Source: Armatimonadota bacterium
Lineage (GTDB): Bacteria > Armatimonadota > Fimbriimonadia > Fimbriimonadales > ATM1
Assembly (NCBI GenBank): GCA_040289295.1
Contig: PSLA01000001.1
Coordinates: 33,287 to 97,286 of the forward strand
Reading direction: 5' to 3'
DNA: 64,000 bases
The notes beneath the pieces are model-generated. The model did no database searches. It was given only the letters and a program-made list of their open reading frames with translations, and was not told where the DNA came from. Made by a program: the position numbers and the translations under genes. Shown one piece after another: positions 9,188 to 19,384 of the stretch (positions within the stretch are counted from its first letter, which is position 1; each line of letters begins with the position of its first letter).

Positions 9188-10020
9188 CAGTTGCCGAATC
9201 CTGTGTATTGACGTACGCCGGCGCGGAAAAGCGCCCCTGAGGCGAGCACGAACAGGACAATCCAGCCGCACTGCATCGCCACGCCCCGGGCGACCGCCTC
9301 AGCCCCCGTCTCGCCCATCAGCACGGAGACCGGGAACGCGACAGTATATTTGAAAGGCGAGACGGCGGCGACCGACTGCGCCCAGGTGGGCATTGTTTCG
9401 ATTGGGACCAGCCTACCGCTCAGAAACATTTCAGGGAAGTAGTAAAGGCGGAAGACGCTCACAAACTCGGAGGTCCACAGCGACACCAGCGCGATCGTCC
9501 ATGCCACGAAGAAGCTGAGGAAGTGCGCCAGGATCAGGGAACACCAAAAGGCAATCCCGGCGTGGACGGAGAGGTCGCTGAGGTATCCGTGGTAAATGAG
9601 CAAGAAGGCAGCGAGAATCGGCGTAAAGAGCAACACCTTGACCACGCGCCAGCCGACGTTCCTCGACAGTTGCGCCCATACAACGCTCATTGGACGCAAG
9701 AGATAGACGGGGAAGATTCCTTCACGAATCTCGAAGGCGATGTCCCACATCAGATGGCAGACGACAAACTGCGACAGCAGCGTCGCCCAGAGGTAGTACG
9801 AAACCATCTCCGAGGCGCTTCGACCGCCTATGGCGTCTGTTCCGGAACCCATCGCGGCGATCCAAACTGCCGGGAGGATAAGCGCCATCTGGCCGTCGGC
9901 GAGCGTCCATATGAACGCACCCACCCGATAAGCGAGCGTTTCTTGAATGTAGATAGAAACAAGGGCATAGGTCTTCCGAATGCCGTGAACGAGCGGCTTA
10001 GGAGTAACGAGCGCGCTCAT
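9187..10020 (-). CDS. ABC-2 type transporter permease (no partner ATPase in window)
   Basis: Six hydrophobic segments. The N-terminus YALVSIYIQETLAYRVGAFIWTL resembles ABC-2 permeases. The start at 10020 (MSALV) overlaps the proS 3' end by 23 nt. Confidence 0.6.
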   Translation of the reverse strand: MSALVTPKPLVHGIRKTYALVSIYIQETLAYRVGAFIWTLADGQMALILPAVWIAAMGSGTDAIGGRSASEMVSYYLWATLLSQFVVCHLMWDIAFEIREGIFPVYLLRPMSVVWAQLSRNVGWRVVKVLLFTPILAAFLLIYHGYLSDLSVHAGIAFWCSLILAHFLSFFVAWTIALVSLWTSEFVSVFRLYYFPEMFLSGRLVPIETMPTWAQSVAAVSPFKYTVAFPVSVLMGETGAEAVARGVAMQCGWIVLFVLASGALFRAGVRQYTGFGN

Positions 10021-11710
10021 CTCTGACCTGTTGGGCGACCGTCGCAACCGCCGAATCCAGCGGAATCGCTAACGCCTCCGCCTCGCGTCGCCACTTCACT
10101 TCGACGTTCGCATCGGCGACCGTGCGCCCACATACCACGCGCAAGGGATAACCGATGAGGTCGGCGTCTTTGAACTTAACGCCGGCGCGCTCGTCTCGGT
10201 CATCCAATAGCGCATCCACGCCCTCGGCGATGAGGCCTTCGTAGACCCTCTCGGCAGCCTCGCGCTGCATCCTGTCTTCAGGATTGACGGTGACGACGAC
10301 GACCTCGAAGGGCGCTATTGAGATTGGCCAAACCAAACCAGCGTCGTCGTGTGAAACCTCAGCGACTGCCTGCATCGTCCTACCGATGCCGAGGCCGTAG
10401 CAGCCCATGAGGATCGGTCGCTTCTCGCCCGTCTCGTCGGCGAACACGGCACCCATCGGCTCACTGTATCTCGTACCCAGTTTGAAGATGTGCCCGACTT
10501 CGATGCCACGCACCTCGCGAAAGACACCGCCACCTGGGGATGGATCGCCGTCCTGTGCAACTCGGATGTCCATGAACTCCGCAACCTCGAAGTCTCGCCC
10601 GTGGCAGACGTTGATCAGGTGTGCGTCGTCTTCGTTGGCCCCGACGACAAATCCTGCCATCGAGAGGATCTCTTGATCCGCAACGATTCGTACGCCATTC
10701 AGTCCCACAGGGCCTGCGAAACCGACGTCCGCACCTGTTAGGCTTTGCACCTCAGCCGCACCGAGCATCTCGACCTTCGGCACTCCGAGGCGGCGGGCGA
10801 GCTTGTAAGGGTTCAGTTCGCGATCGCCTCGGACGAGCGCCGCGACGCGCTCTTCCCCTGCTCGAACCAGCAACGTCTTCACCAACCGGTCCGCTGGAAC
10901 GTTCAAGAAGTCGGTAACTTCTTGAACGGTTCTCCTGCCGGGCGTCTCGATCCGCTTGGCGGCAGGGACACCGTCCGAAGGGGCCGGTTCGTACACTCCG
11001 CCGATGTCGCACCGCTCGGCATTTGCCGCAACCCCCGATTGTTCGTCGAGCAAAACACGATCCTCTCCGCCGGGCGTAACGACCATAAACTCGTGGTTGT
11101 CAGAGCCGCCAATGTCGCCCGCCTCAGCCTCGCACACAAGCGTCTGGAGGCCGGCGCGTTTGAACATCCGCTCGTAGGCTTGCCACATCGCCTTGTAGAT
11201 TCGGTCCACGGCTTCGTCGTCTGCGTCGAAGGAGTATGCGTCGAACATCTCAAACTCCTTGGCGCGGACGAGGCCCGCCCGCGGCCGTGGCTCGTCGCGG
11301 AACTTCGTCTGGATTTGATATAAACAAAGGGGAAGGTCCCGGTACGACTGAATACTCGAACGAACGATGTCTGTGATGACCTCTTCGTGCGTAAAGCCCA
11401 GGGCAAATTGCCGGTTGGTGCGGTCTGCCGTTTTGTAGAGAACTTCGACGGCGTCTCGACCCGTCTCCTTGAGTAGGTCAAACGGAACGAGGGCCGGCAT
11501 GAGCAGTTCAACGGCGCCGATGCGGTTTGCCTCTTCTCGCACGATGTCGGCAACCTTGTTGAGGACACGCAAACCAAGCGGTAGGTACGAATATACGCCC
11601 GCTGACAGTTTGCGGATGAATCCGCCACGCAAGAGCAGGCGGTGGCTGGCGAGCTCAGCCTCCGCCGGCGCTTCGCGAAGGGTGGGGAAGTAAAATCTAC
11701 TTGCGCGCAT
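9998..11710 (-). CDS. proS: Prolyl-tRNA synthetase (bacterial type with editing insertion)
   Basis: MRASRFYFPTLREAPAEAELASHRLLLRGGFIRKLSAGVYSYLPLG and class II motifs. 570 aa. Confidence 0.95.
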   Translation of the reverse strand: MRASRFYFPTLREAPAEAELASHRLLLRGGFIRKLSAGVYSYLPLGLRVLNKVADIVREEANRIGAVELLMPALVPFDLLKETGRDAVEVLYKTADRTNRQFALGFTHEEVITDIVRSSIQSYRDLPLCLYQIQTKFRDEPRPRAGLVRAKEFEMFDAYSFDADDEAVDRIYKAMWQAYERMFKRAGLQTLVCEAEAGDIGGSDNHEFMVVTPGGEDRVLLDEQSGVAANAERCDIGGVYEPAPSDGVPAAKRIETPGRRTVQEVTDFLNVPADRLVKTLLVRAGEERVAALVRGDRELNPYKLARRLGVPKVEMLGAAEVQSLTGADVGFAGPVGLNGVRIVADQEILSMAGFVVGANEDDAHLINVCHGRDFEVAEFMDIRVAQDGDPSPGGGVFREVRGIEVGHIFKLGTRYSEPMGAVFADETGEKRPILMGCYGLGIGRTMQAVAEVSHDDAGLVWPISIAPFEVVVVTVNPEDRMQREAAERVYEGLIAEGVDALLDDRDERAGVKFKDADLIGYPLRVVCGRTVADANVEVKWRREAEALAIPLDSAVATVAQQVRDERARYS

Positions 11711-11721
11711 CCCGGGCGATT

Positions 11722-13278
11722 ATGAACGAAAGAGCAAGGTGGAACGTGAGTAACGAAGAGAAAGCGAAGATTTCGAGGCGCGAACTGTTTCGCACCCTGG
11801 GCGGGGCAACCGCGGGGTTAATGTTTGGCGGAGGGTCAAAAGCGCTCGCGCAGGTGCTTGGCGACGCAAACAAAATGGACCGCGCCCCTTACCTGCAAAT
11901 CGACTTGGCTGCCGGCCCCGGTGTTGCGCAGGTGAAGCCGGGGGCGCAGACCAACGTCCTTCGTTTCACTGGGAGCGTCTTGCGCGGACGCCTCGATGCC
12001 CTTGGCCCCTCGCCAGGCTCTTATCTTGGCCCGACCATTCGCCTTCGCAGCGGCGAGCACGTGTCCATCTTCTTCAGCAACAACCTTGCGGAAGAGTCCA
12101 TCGTCCACTGGCACGGTCTATACGTGCCGCACTACGCGGATGGTCACCCGATGGATGCGATTAACCCTGGCGCCCTCTACGCTTACCACTATCGCGTGGC
12201 AAATCGCGCTGGTACGTACTGGTACCACCCGCACCCGCACATGCTGACTGGTAACCAGGTTTATCACGGGCTTGCCGGCGGCTTGGTCGTTACTGATCCG
12301 GAGGAGCAGGCGCTGGACCTCCCTGACGGGGACCTGGATCAACTGCTCGTGCTACAAGACCGGACGCTCGACTCCAACAACCAATTCGTCTACTTGCCAA
12401 ACCCGATGCGGGGCACTCTGGGAAGCGAGATTCTTGTCAACGGGCAAGCCGACTTTGAGTTACCCGTCAGAACGCGTGCCTATCGTCTACGATTCCTGAA
12501 CGGCTCGAACGGGCGCGTCTACAAGTTGGCGTGGGAGGACGGCACGCCGATGACCGTCATCGGCACGGACGGCGGCTTGCTTGAGGTGCCTGTGGAGAAG
12601 CCATACGTCGTTCTTTCGCCCGGCGAACGCGTCGAAGTCTGGATGGACTTCCGAAACCGAGCCGTGGGCGATTGCCTGACGCTGAAGAGTCTCGCGATCC
12701 AGGGGTTGATGTTCGGTGTGGGCGGCGGGAACGATCCGCTGCCCAACGGGGCTGCATTCGATGTCATGCGCTTCGCCGTGGCAGAACTGGACAAGGAATA
12801 TCGCTCGCTGCCTAAACGCTTAACCACGATTCGGTGGAACCGCGAGGAGGACGCAATCAACCGTGACAAACCCCGCTACCTAACCGCAAGGTGGGACAAT
12901 GTTCTTGGATGGCTGCTGAACGACGAACCATTTGACATGTATAGCACCAAGCCGAACGAGCGGGTCCGCGCTCATACGCTCGAAGTGTGGGAGTTCGAGA
13001 ATATCGTCGGCAACATTGTTATTGCACATCCAATTCACTTGCATGGTCGGCAGTTCCAAATTCTGCGCCGAACGGTTCACCCCGATTACGTGCAAGGATG
13101 GGAGAGCGTGCGCGACGGCTATACGGATGAGGGCTGGAAGGACACGTTCCTACTCATGCCTGGCGAGAAAGTTCGCTTGCTAATCTCCTTCGGCCAATAC
13201 ACCGGAATGTTTCTCTACCACTGTCACAACCTCGAGCATGAGGATATGGGCATGATGAGGAACTACCTGGTGATGTAG
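11722..13278 (+). CDS. Multicopper oxidase with Tat signal
   Basis: Twin-arginine signal SRRELFRTLGGATAGLMF. Copper sites HWHG, WYHPHPH, HPIHLHG and HCHNLEHEDMGMM. Start uncertain (ATG 11722 or GTG 11746). Confidence 0.85.
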   Translation: MNERARWNVSNEEKAKISRRELFRTLGGATAGLMFGGGSKALAQVLGDANKMDRAPYLQIDLAAGPGVAQVKPGAQTNVLRFTGSVLRGRLDALGPSPGSYLGPTIRLRSGEHVSIFFSNNLAEESIVHWHGLYVPHYADGHPMDAINPGALYAYHYRVANRAGTYWYHPHPHMLTGNQVYHGLAGGLVVTDPEEQALDLPDGDLDQLLVLQDRTLDSNNQFVYLPNPMRGTLGSEILVNGQADFELPVRTRAYRLRFLNGSNGRVYKLAWEDGTPMTVIGTDGGLLEVPVEKPYVVLSPGERVEVWMDFRNRAVGDCLTLKSLAIQGLMFGVGGGNDPLPNGAAFDVMRFAVAELDKEYRSLPKRLTTIRWNREEDAINRDKPRYLTARWDNVLGWLLNDEPFDMYSTKPNERVRAHTLEVWEFENIVGNIVIAHPIHLHGRQFQILRRTVHPDYVQGWESVRDGYTDEGWKDTFLLMPGEKVRLLISFGQYTGMFLYHCHNLEHEDMGMMRNYLVM

Positions 13279-13299
13279 TACCCGGGGGCTCGCTGCACG

Positions 13300-14784
13300 C
13301 TACTGCTTCCCTAACGCGGGGCGAACGAAGATCACCTTCTCGCGGCTCAACATAACCGTGCCTGGGGGCGCGTGGCGTGGGCGGCGCACGTGCTTCGCCA
13401 AAGTGTAAGCGACCGGCACGAGGCTCGCGTGCTTCTGGCTGCTGTTTCGGGCCGCGATGTGTGCCGCGAAGAGGATCGTGTCGCGCGGCACGCGGTCAGG
13501 CTGGTTGTTTGTTCGAATCACCACGTGCGAGCCGGTCGCGCCACGTGCATGAAGCCATAGGTCGTTCGGCTTCGCAATTCGGCGCGTCAAGTAGTCGTTC
13601 GCCTCGGCATTCATGCCCCAAAGTACGGCGAAGCCGCGAGGGTCTTGTATCTCTCGAATCTTGTGCCCTTCGTACGGCCGCTGTTCGCGCCGCTTCGGTT
13701 TTGGCGTAAGCTCGACCTCTCCTTGCACGACCGACCGGAACCGCTTGCACAGGCTTTCGATTTCTTCGCTCAGTGCGTGCCGTCGTGCAAGCAAGTCCTT
13801 GCGCGCAGCCTTCGCTCGCCTGGCCTTGCTAAAGAGGCGCTCTGCGTTCGCAACGGGCGACAATGTTGGGTCGAGAGGTATTACGACCTCTTCGCCTTCA
13901 TATCCAACGGTGCGAAGCTCCGCAGCCCCCTCCTTCACCTGATGCTGGTACGCGAGGAGCAACTCCGCTTGGACCTGAAGTTCGCGCGCGCGGTCGCCAG
14001 CGTCAAGGGCGACCTGCACTTGGCGTAGCGCCAGTTCCTTGCCTTTGATCTCCTTCTGGAGGAGCGCCACCGCCTTTTCTCGCTCTTTCTCTGCCCTCTC
14101 GCGCTCGACGGTCGCAAACAGTTCGGCGACCGCACTTGAAAACGACTTACGCCGCTCCGCGGACTGGTGAAACGGCAGGGGGTACGCTCCTTCAGGATGC
14201 ATGTAGCCCGACGCGTGTCTGACGGCGTCGAGCACAGCTTGGTGATCGTGCTGATCAAACGCGAGTTTGAGCGCCCAAGAACCGCCTGCATCGCGCCTCT
14301 CGAGTGCCTGTTGCAGCGAGGCGACCCTTGGCTGTTGGTGTGTTAGGGGAGAACCGGCGCGGAACGCATCCGCCTTGCGAAGCGCTGCGATAACCTTGCC
14401 TTCTTCCGAAGCAAGCACCAGGTTCGCGTGTACTCCGAACAGAAAGGCGTACAGCCGAAGCGTCCCGTGATCCAAGGTTATCTCGACTGCGCGATCGAAG
14501 CCGATCTGCTGAACGGCAGACAAGGTCCTTCCCTTCAGGCGATGCGCCAAGCGATCGCTGAACTCCGAATCTGCAAGGGCTATGCGCTCGCGTGAGACGA
14601 AGGCGCATGGGTACTCCGCCGCCGCCGAGAGAATCAGCAAGCCGCGTTCGGCATCGCGCCGCAGCACCAGCGCGATTGCGGCTTTACCGTGCGCGCCGAC
14701 GCCTGTTACCTGCGCTCCAACCAACGCCTGCGCCTCGCTTACGACCGTCGAGGTGCAAAGAGCATCGAATGCCAGGCGCTTCAT
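13300..14784 (-). CDS. NFACT/RqcH-like protein (FbpA N-terminal domain plus DUF814)
   Basis: NFACT-N-like N-terminus, central coiled coil, and C-terminal DUF814-like [17 protein letters not shown]...[11 protein letters not shown]. Confidence 0.75.
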   Translation of the reverse strand: MKRLAFDALCTSTVVSEAQALVGAQVTGVGAHGKAAIALVLRRDAERGLLILSAAAEYPCAFVSRERIALADSEFSDRLAHRLKGRTLSAVQQIGFDRAVEITLDHGTLRLYAFLFGVHANLVLASEEGKVIAALRKADAFRAGSPLTHQQPRVASLQQALERRDAGGSWALKLAFDQHDHQAVLDAVRHASGYMHPEGAYPLPFHQSAERRKSFSSAVAELFATVERERAEKEREKAVALLQKEIKGKELALRQVQVALDAGDRARELQVQAELLLAYQHQVKEGAAELRTVGYEGEEVVIPLDPTLSPVANAERLFSKARRAKAARKDLLARRHALSEEIESLCKRFRSVVQGEVELTPKPKRREQRPYEGHKIREIQDPRGFAVLWGMNAEANDYLTRRIAKPNDLWLHARGATGSHVVIRTNNQPDRVPRDTILFAAHIAARNSSQKHASLVPVAYTLAKHVRRPRHAPPGTVMLSREKVIFVRPALGKQ

Positions 14785-15854
14785 TTCAGCCGAGCGACAA
14801 CCGCATCGCCAACCTCAGATGTTGATGCAAAGCCGCCGAGATCCCGACTGCGCACGCCGTCGTTGAGCGTGCGTTCGACGGCGCGCTCGATTGCGTCCGC
14901 TTCTTCATCCATTTTGAAGGAGAACCGGAGCATCATCGCGGCGGAAAGGATGGTTGCGAGCGGGTTTGCTATGCCCTGCCCGGCGATGTCCGGCGCCGAG
15001 CCGTGCGCTGGCTCATAGAGACCGAAGACTGTGGCAGAGCGCTTGTCAGCGTCTGAGAGTGACGCGCTGGGCAACATTCCGAGCGAGCCTGTAACCTGTG
15101 CCGCTTCGTCGCTCAGAATGTCGCCAAACATGTTCTCCGTGAGGATGACATCAAACTGTCCTGGGTCACGAACGAGTTGCATCGCGCAGTTGTCAACCAA
15201 CATGAACTCATGCTCCGTGTTCGGGCGCGCTTGCGCTATCTCTCCAACGACTTCACGCCACAGGCGGCTCGTCTCGAGGACGTTTGCCTTGTCCACGGTC
15301 GTCACCTTTTTTCGTCGCCGGTCTGCAATGTCGAACGCGCGCTCGGCGATGCGTCGAACCTCCGTTCGCGAGTACACACACGTATCAACCGCAACCTCCC
15401 CACCGTCTCGGCGCTCGCGCGGCCGGCCGAAGTAGATACCTCCGGTTAACTCGCGACACACGATGAGGTCAATCGGCCCGCTCGGACCGAATTTGACGGG
15501 TGAAGCGTCCATCAAGCTGGGAAAGATACGGGCCGGACGCAAGTTGGCGTAGAGGTGCAACTCCTGCCGCAGTCGGAGGAGCGCGCCGACTTCGGGCCGT
15601 CTGGAGGGCGGTTGCAGGTTGTCCCACTTCGGGCCACCGACTGCGCCCAGCAAAACGGCGTGGCTGTCGCGACACAGTCGCAATGTTTCTTGCGGCAGTG
15701 GCTCACCCACGGCGTCTATCGCTGCGCCACCGACCGGCGCCTCCGTCATTGCAAGGTCGTTACTCGTGGCGCGCAGAACTTTGACAGCCTCCGCGACGAC
15801 TTCGGGACCGATGCCGTCGCCGGGAAGAACCGCAATCCGAAACATGGCGCGCAT
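14781..15854 (-). CDS. leuB: 3-isopropylmalate dehydrogenase
   Basis: [14 protein letters not shown]-terminus and the [26 protein letters not shown] signature. The alternative start at 15845 (MFRIAV) is equally plausible. Confidence 0.93.
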   Translation of the reverse strand: MRAMFRIAVLPGDGIGPEVVAEAVKVLRATSNDLAMTEAPVGGAAIDAVGEPLPQETLRLCRDSHAVLLGAVGGPKWDNLQPPSRRPEVGALLRLRQELHLYANLRPARIFPSLMDASPVKFGPSGPIDLIVCRELTGGIYFGRPRERRDGGEVAVDTCVYSRTEVRRIAERAFDIADRRRKKVTTVDKANVLETSRLWREVVGEIAQARPNTEHEFMLVDNCAMQLVRDPGQFDVILTENMFGDILSDEAAQVTGSLGMLPSASLSDADKRSATVFGLYEPAHGSAPDIAGQGIANPLATILSAAMMLRFSFKMDEEADAIERAVERTLNDGVRSRDLGGFASTSEVGDAVVARLK

Positions 15855-15900
15855 TATGCCTTGGCTGGCTTACCTGCCGCGTATGCCATAATTGGTGTAA

Positions 15901-18900
15901 GTGAAGGAATGGCTTACAGCAGGCGAACAATCTGAGATAGTGCGCGCGATGCAATCGCGCGTGCTTATCTGCGATGGCGCCGCCGGAACCCAAATCCAAG
16001 CCACCAACCTCACCACTGAGGACTTCGATGGGCTCGACGGCTGCAACGAGTACCTCAACCTTTCTCGCCCGGATGTAATCGCCGAGATTCACTGCAAGTA
16101 CCTCGAAGCAGGCGCTGATGTCATCCAAACGAACACGTTCGGCGCAATACGCTATGTTTTGGACGAGTACGACGTCGGTGACAAGCTTGAAGAGATCTCT
16201 GCCGCGGCCGCGAGGATTGCCCGCGAGCAGGCGGATCGCTTCAGTACGCCCGATAAGCCAAGGTTCGTGCTGGGCGGCATCGGCCCCGGCACGCGCTTGG
16301 TAACGCTGGGCAACGTCTCGTTTGACGACGTCGTGGAGAGCTATCGCTCTGCCTTCATCGAACTTATCCGCGGCGGCGTGGATGGCTTGCTGCTAGAGAC
16401 GCTGCAAGACCTGCTGCACGCGAAGGCGGGGTTAGTCGCCGTTGCCGAAGCAATGGAAGAGACGAGTAAGACCCTGCCGGTGTTCGTGCAGGTGACCATG
16501 GAGCAGACCGGTACGATGCTGATGGGGTCCGACATCCTGGCGGTTATTAACGCTGTATCAGCGTTCCCATATGTCATTTGCCTCGGCTTGAACTGCGCTA
16601 CCGGGCCCGAAGAGATGGTGCCGCACGTTCGGGCACTCAGCAAACACTGGCCGGGCTTTATCTCGGTCCAGCCCAACGCCGGATTGCCCGTCATGGAGAA
16701 AGGTGAAGCGGTCTACAAGCTTACGCCGGAAGAGCTTGCGACCTTCCACCGGCGATTCGTGTCGGAGTTCGGCGTAAACCTGGTGGGGGGTTGCTGCGGC
16801 ACGACGCCAAAGCACATAGAGGCGGTCGCGGAGGCAGTCGCTGGCCTCACAACAGCGAAGCGTGACGCAGTCGAGCCGCTGGTCGGCCTTTCGTCGCTAT
16901 ATCAGTTCCAGCCGTACGACCAATCTCCGTCCTTCCTCATCGTTGGCGAGCGGACGAACGCGAACGGAAGCAAGATGTTCCGCGAGCTGCTTGCTGCCGA
17001 GGACTGGCAAGCACTCACCGAGATGGCGCGCGAGCAGGAGCGTGAGGGTGCGCACGTGCTCGACGTCTGCGCCGCTTACGTGGGCAGGGATGAGGCGAGG
17101 GACATGGACCGCCTGCTCTTCGAATTCGCTCGACAGGTAACTGTGCCGATCATGATCGACTCCACGGAGGTGAACGTCATCGAGGCGTCGCTAAAGCGCC
17201 TCCCCGGCAAGCCGGTGATCAACTCGATCAACTTCGAGGATGGCGACGCGCGCACCGAGAAGGTGCTGACGCTGTGTCGCAAGTACGGTGCGGCAGTCGT
17301 TGGCCTGACGATTGACGAAAAGGGCATGGCAAAAACCAAGGAGCGAAAGGTCGCCATCGCAGACCGCATCCTCGAGTGGACGCGAAGGTTCGGCATACCG
17401 GACGAGGACGTGTTCATTGATGCGCTCACCTTCACTCTCGGCTCAGGCGACGCCGAGTTCCGCAGCGCCGGGATCGAGACCATCGCGGCGATTCGCGAAA
17501 TCAAGCGGAAGTACCCGAGGGTGAACACGCTTCTCGGCGTCAGCAACATTTCTTTCGGATTGAAGCCTCACGCCAGGCACATCCTGAACTCTGTGTTCCT
17601 TCACTACGCCCTCGAGGCGGGGCTAACGAGCGCGATCGTTCACTCCGCGCGCATCATGCCCGAGCACCAGGTTGACAAAGAGGTATGGGAGGTCGCGCGG
17701 CGGCTGGTGTTCAACGAGCGCACCGAGGAGTCAGACCCTCTCGTCGAGTTCATGGCCCTGTTTGAGAACGTCGAGCAGCGCATGGAGTCTGAGAAGCTTG
17801 AGTCGCTGCCGATCGAGGAGCGCTTGAAGCGACACATCATTGATGGCACCAAGAAGGACCTCGAGCGTGACCTGGATGAGGCGCTTCAGACGCACACGCC
17901 TCTCCAGATCATCAACGACATCCTACTCGATGGCATGAAGGTTGTGGGAGACCTGTTCGGTGAGGGCAAGATGCAACTGCCATTCGTGCTGCAGAGCGCT
18001 GAAGTAATGAAAGCGGCAGTGAAGCATCTGGAACCGAAAATGGAGAAAGTCGAAGGAGGCGAACGCGGCTCCATCGTGCTGGCCACGGTCGCCGGAGACG
18101 TGCACGACATCGGGAAGAATCTCGTGGATATCATCCTCTCTAACAACGGCTTTCGCGTCGTCAATATCGGCATCAAGCAACCTCTCAGCGCCATCCTTCA
18201 GGCCGCCGAGGAACATAAGGTGCAGGCTATCGGCATGAGCGGGCTGCTGGTCAAGAGCACGGTAGTGATGAAAGACAACCTCGCCGAGATGAACGAACTA
18301 GGCAAGCACCACTACCCTGTGCTACTCGGAGGAGCGGCGCTCACGCGAGGTTACGTGGAACAGGACTTACGCTCTCTGTATAAGGGGAAGGTGTGGTACG
18401 CGCAGGACGCCTTCGAAGGCCTTAAGCTAATGAAGGCGATCGCAGGCGGCGACGACGCGCAACTCGTTGAAGAGGAGCCCAAGCCGACGACGCCGCAGCG
18501 CTCCGTCCCCAGTCACCGCGTTTCGTCGGACACCGAGAGGTTCTATGTCTTTGACGGCGTAACGAGCGACGTGGCGAAGGACGTGCCGATTCCAGAGCCG
18601 CCTTTCCTTGGAAGACGCGTTGCAACGGACATCAACATCGAAGACGTCTACGAGTACATCAACGAAATCGCTTTGTTCCGCGGCCAATGGGGCTTCAGGC
18701 GACCCAAGGAGATGAGCAACCCCGAGTTCCAGAAGTACCTTGAGGAGACGGCCGCGCCGAGGTTTGAGCGGCTGAAGAAGGAGCTCCGCGATGTGTTCGA
18801 TCCGCGCGTCGTCTATGGCTACTTCCCTGCACAAAGCGAAGGGAACGACCTCATCCTTTACGACCCGGAAACGCGCGAAGAGTTCGAGCGCATCACCTTT

Positions 18901-19380
18901 CCAAGGCAAGCCACCGATCGGAGGCTGTGTATCGCGGACTTCTTCGCGCCCAAAGATTCGGGCAGGATGGACGTCGCAGCCTTCCACCTTGTTACCATCG
19001 GAAGCAAGGTGACCGAGCTGGAACGCAAGTTGTTCGCAGAAGGTCAGTACGAGGACTATCTTCTCGTTCACGGCATGGGCGTCGAAACAGCGGAAGCGCT
19101 TGCGGAGTACTGGCACAAGCGAATTCGACAAGAGCTTGGCATCGCGGACGAAGACCCAGACGAAATCCGGCTGCTGTTCAGCGTGAAGTATCGAGGATGC
19201 CGCTACTCATTCGGCTATCCAGCATGCCCGAACCTCGAAGACCAAGCGACGTTGTTCCGCCTGCTCGGGCCCGAAGAGATCGGTGTCGAGCTGACCGAGG
19301 AGTTCATGCTCGTGCCGGAGCAAAGCACCAGTGCGATCATCTGTCACCATCCGGACGCGAAGTACTTCAACCTCCGATGA
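15901..19380 (+). CDS. metH: Cobalamin-dependent methionine synthase
   Basis: Hcy-binding domain (GGCCGTTP), pterin-binding domain, B12-binding motif GDVHDIGKN and a C-terminal activation domain. 1159 aa. Confidence 0.93.
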   Translation: MKEWLTAGEQSEIVRAMQSRVLICDGAAGTQIQATNLTTEDFDGLDGCNEYLNLSRPDVIAEIHCKYLEAGADVIQTNTFGAIRYVLDEYDVGDKLEEISAAAARIAREQADRFSTPDKPRFVLGGIGPGTRLVTLGNVSFDDVVESYRSAFIELIRGGVDGLLLETLQDLLHAKAGLVAVAEAMEETSKTLPVFVQVTMEQTGTMLMGSDILAVINAVSAFPYVICLGLNCATGPEEMVPHVRALSKHWPGFISVQPNAGLPVMEKGEAVYKLTPEELATFHRRFVSEFGVNLVGGCCGTTPKHIEAVAEAVAGLTTAKRDAVEPLVGLSSLYQFQPYDQSPSFLIVGERTNANGSKMFRELLAAEDWQALTEMAREQEREGAHVLDVCAAYVGRDEARDMDRLLFEFARQVTVPIMIDSTEVNVIEASLKRLPGKPVINSINFEDGDARTEKVLTLCRKYGAAVVGLTIDEKGMAKTKERKVAIADRILEWTRRFGIPDEDVFIDALTFTLGSGDAEFRSAGIETIAAIREIKRKYPRVNTLLGVSNISFGLKPHARHILNSVFLHYALEAGLTSAIVHSARIMPEHQVDKEVWEVARRLVFNERTEESDPLVEFMALFENVEQRMESEKLESLPIEERLKRHIIDGTKKDLERDLDEALQTHTPLQIINDILLDGMKVVGDLFGEGKMQLPFVLQSAEVMKAAVKHLEPKMEKVEGGERGSIVLATVAGDVHDIGKNLVDIILSNNGFRVVNIGIKQPLSAILQAAEEHKVQAIGMSGLLVKSTVVMKDNLAEMNELGKHHYPVLLGGAALTRGYVEQDLRSLYKGKVWYAQDAFEGLKLMKAIAGGDDAQLVEEEPKPTTPQRSVPSHRVSSDTERFYVFDGVTSDVAKDVPIPEPPFLGRRVATDINIEDVYEYINEIALFRGQWGFRRPKEMSNPEFQKYLEETAAPRFERLKKELRDVFDPRVVYGYFPAQSEGNDLILYDPETREEFERITFPRQATDRRLCIADFFAPKDSGRMDVAAFHLVTIGSKVTELERKLFAEGQYEDYLLVHGMGVETAEALAEYWHKRIRQELGIADEDPDEIRLLFSVKYRGCRYSFGYPACPNLEDQATLFRLLGPEEIGVELTEEFMLVPEQSTSAIICHHPDAKYFNLR

Positions 19381-19384
19381 TGGT

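Noticed and set aside
15855-15900. Cobalamin or SAM riboswitch upstream of metH
   Set aside because: Only 46 nt separate the divergent leuB and metH starts, which is too short for either aptamer.
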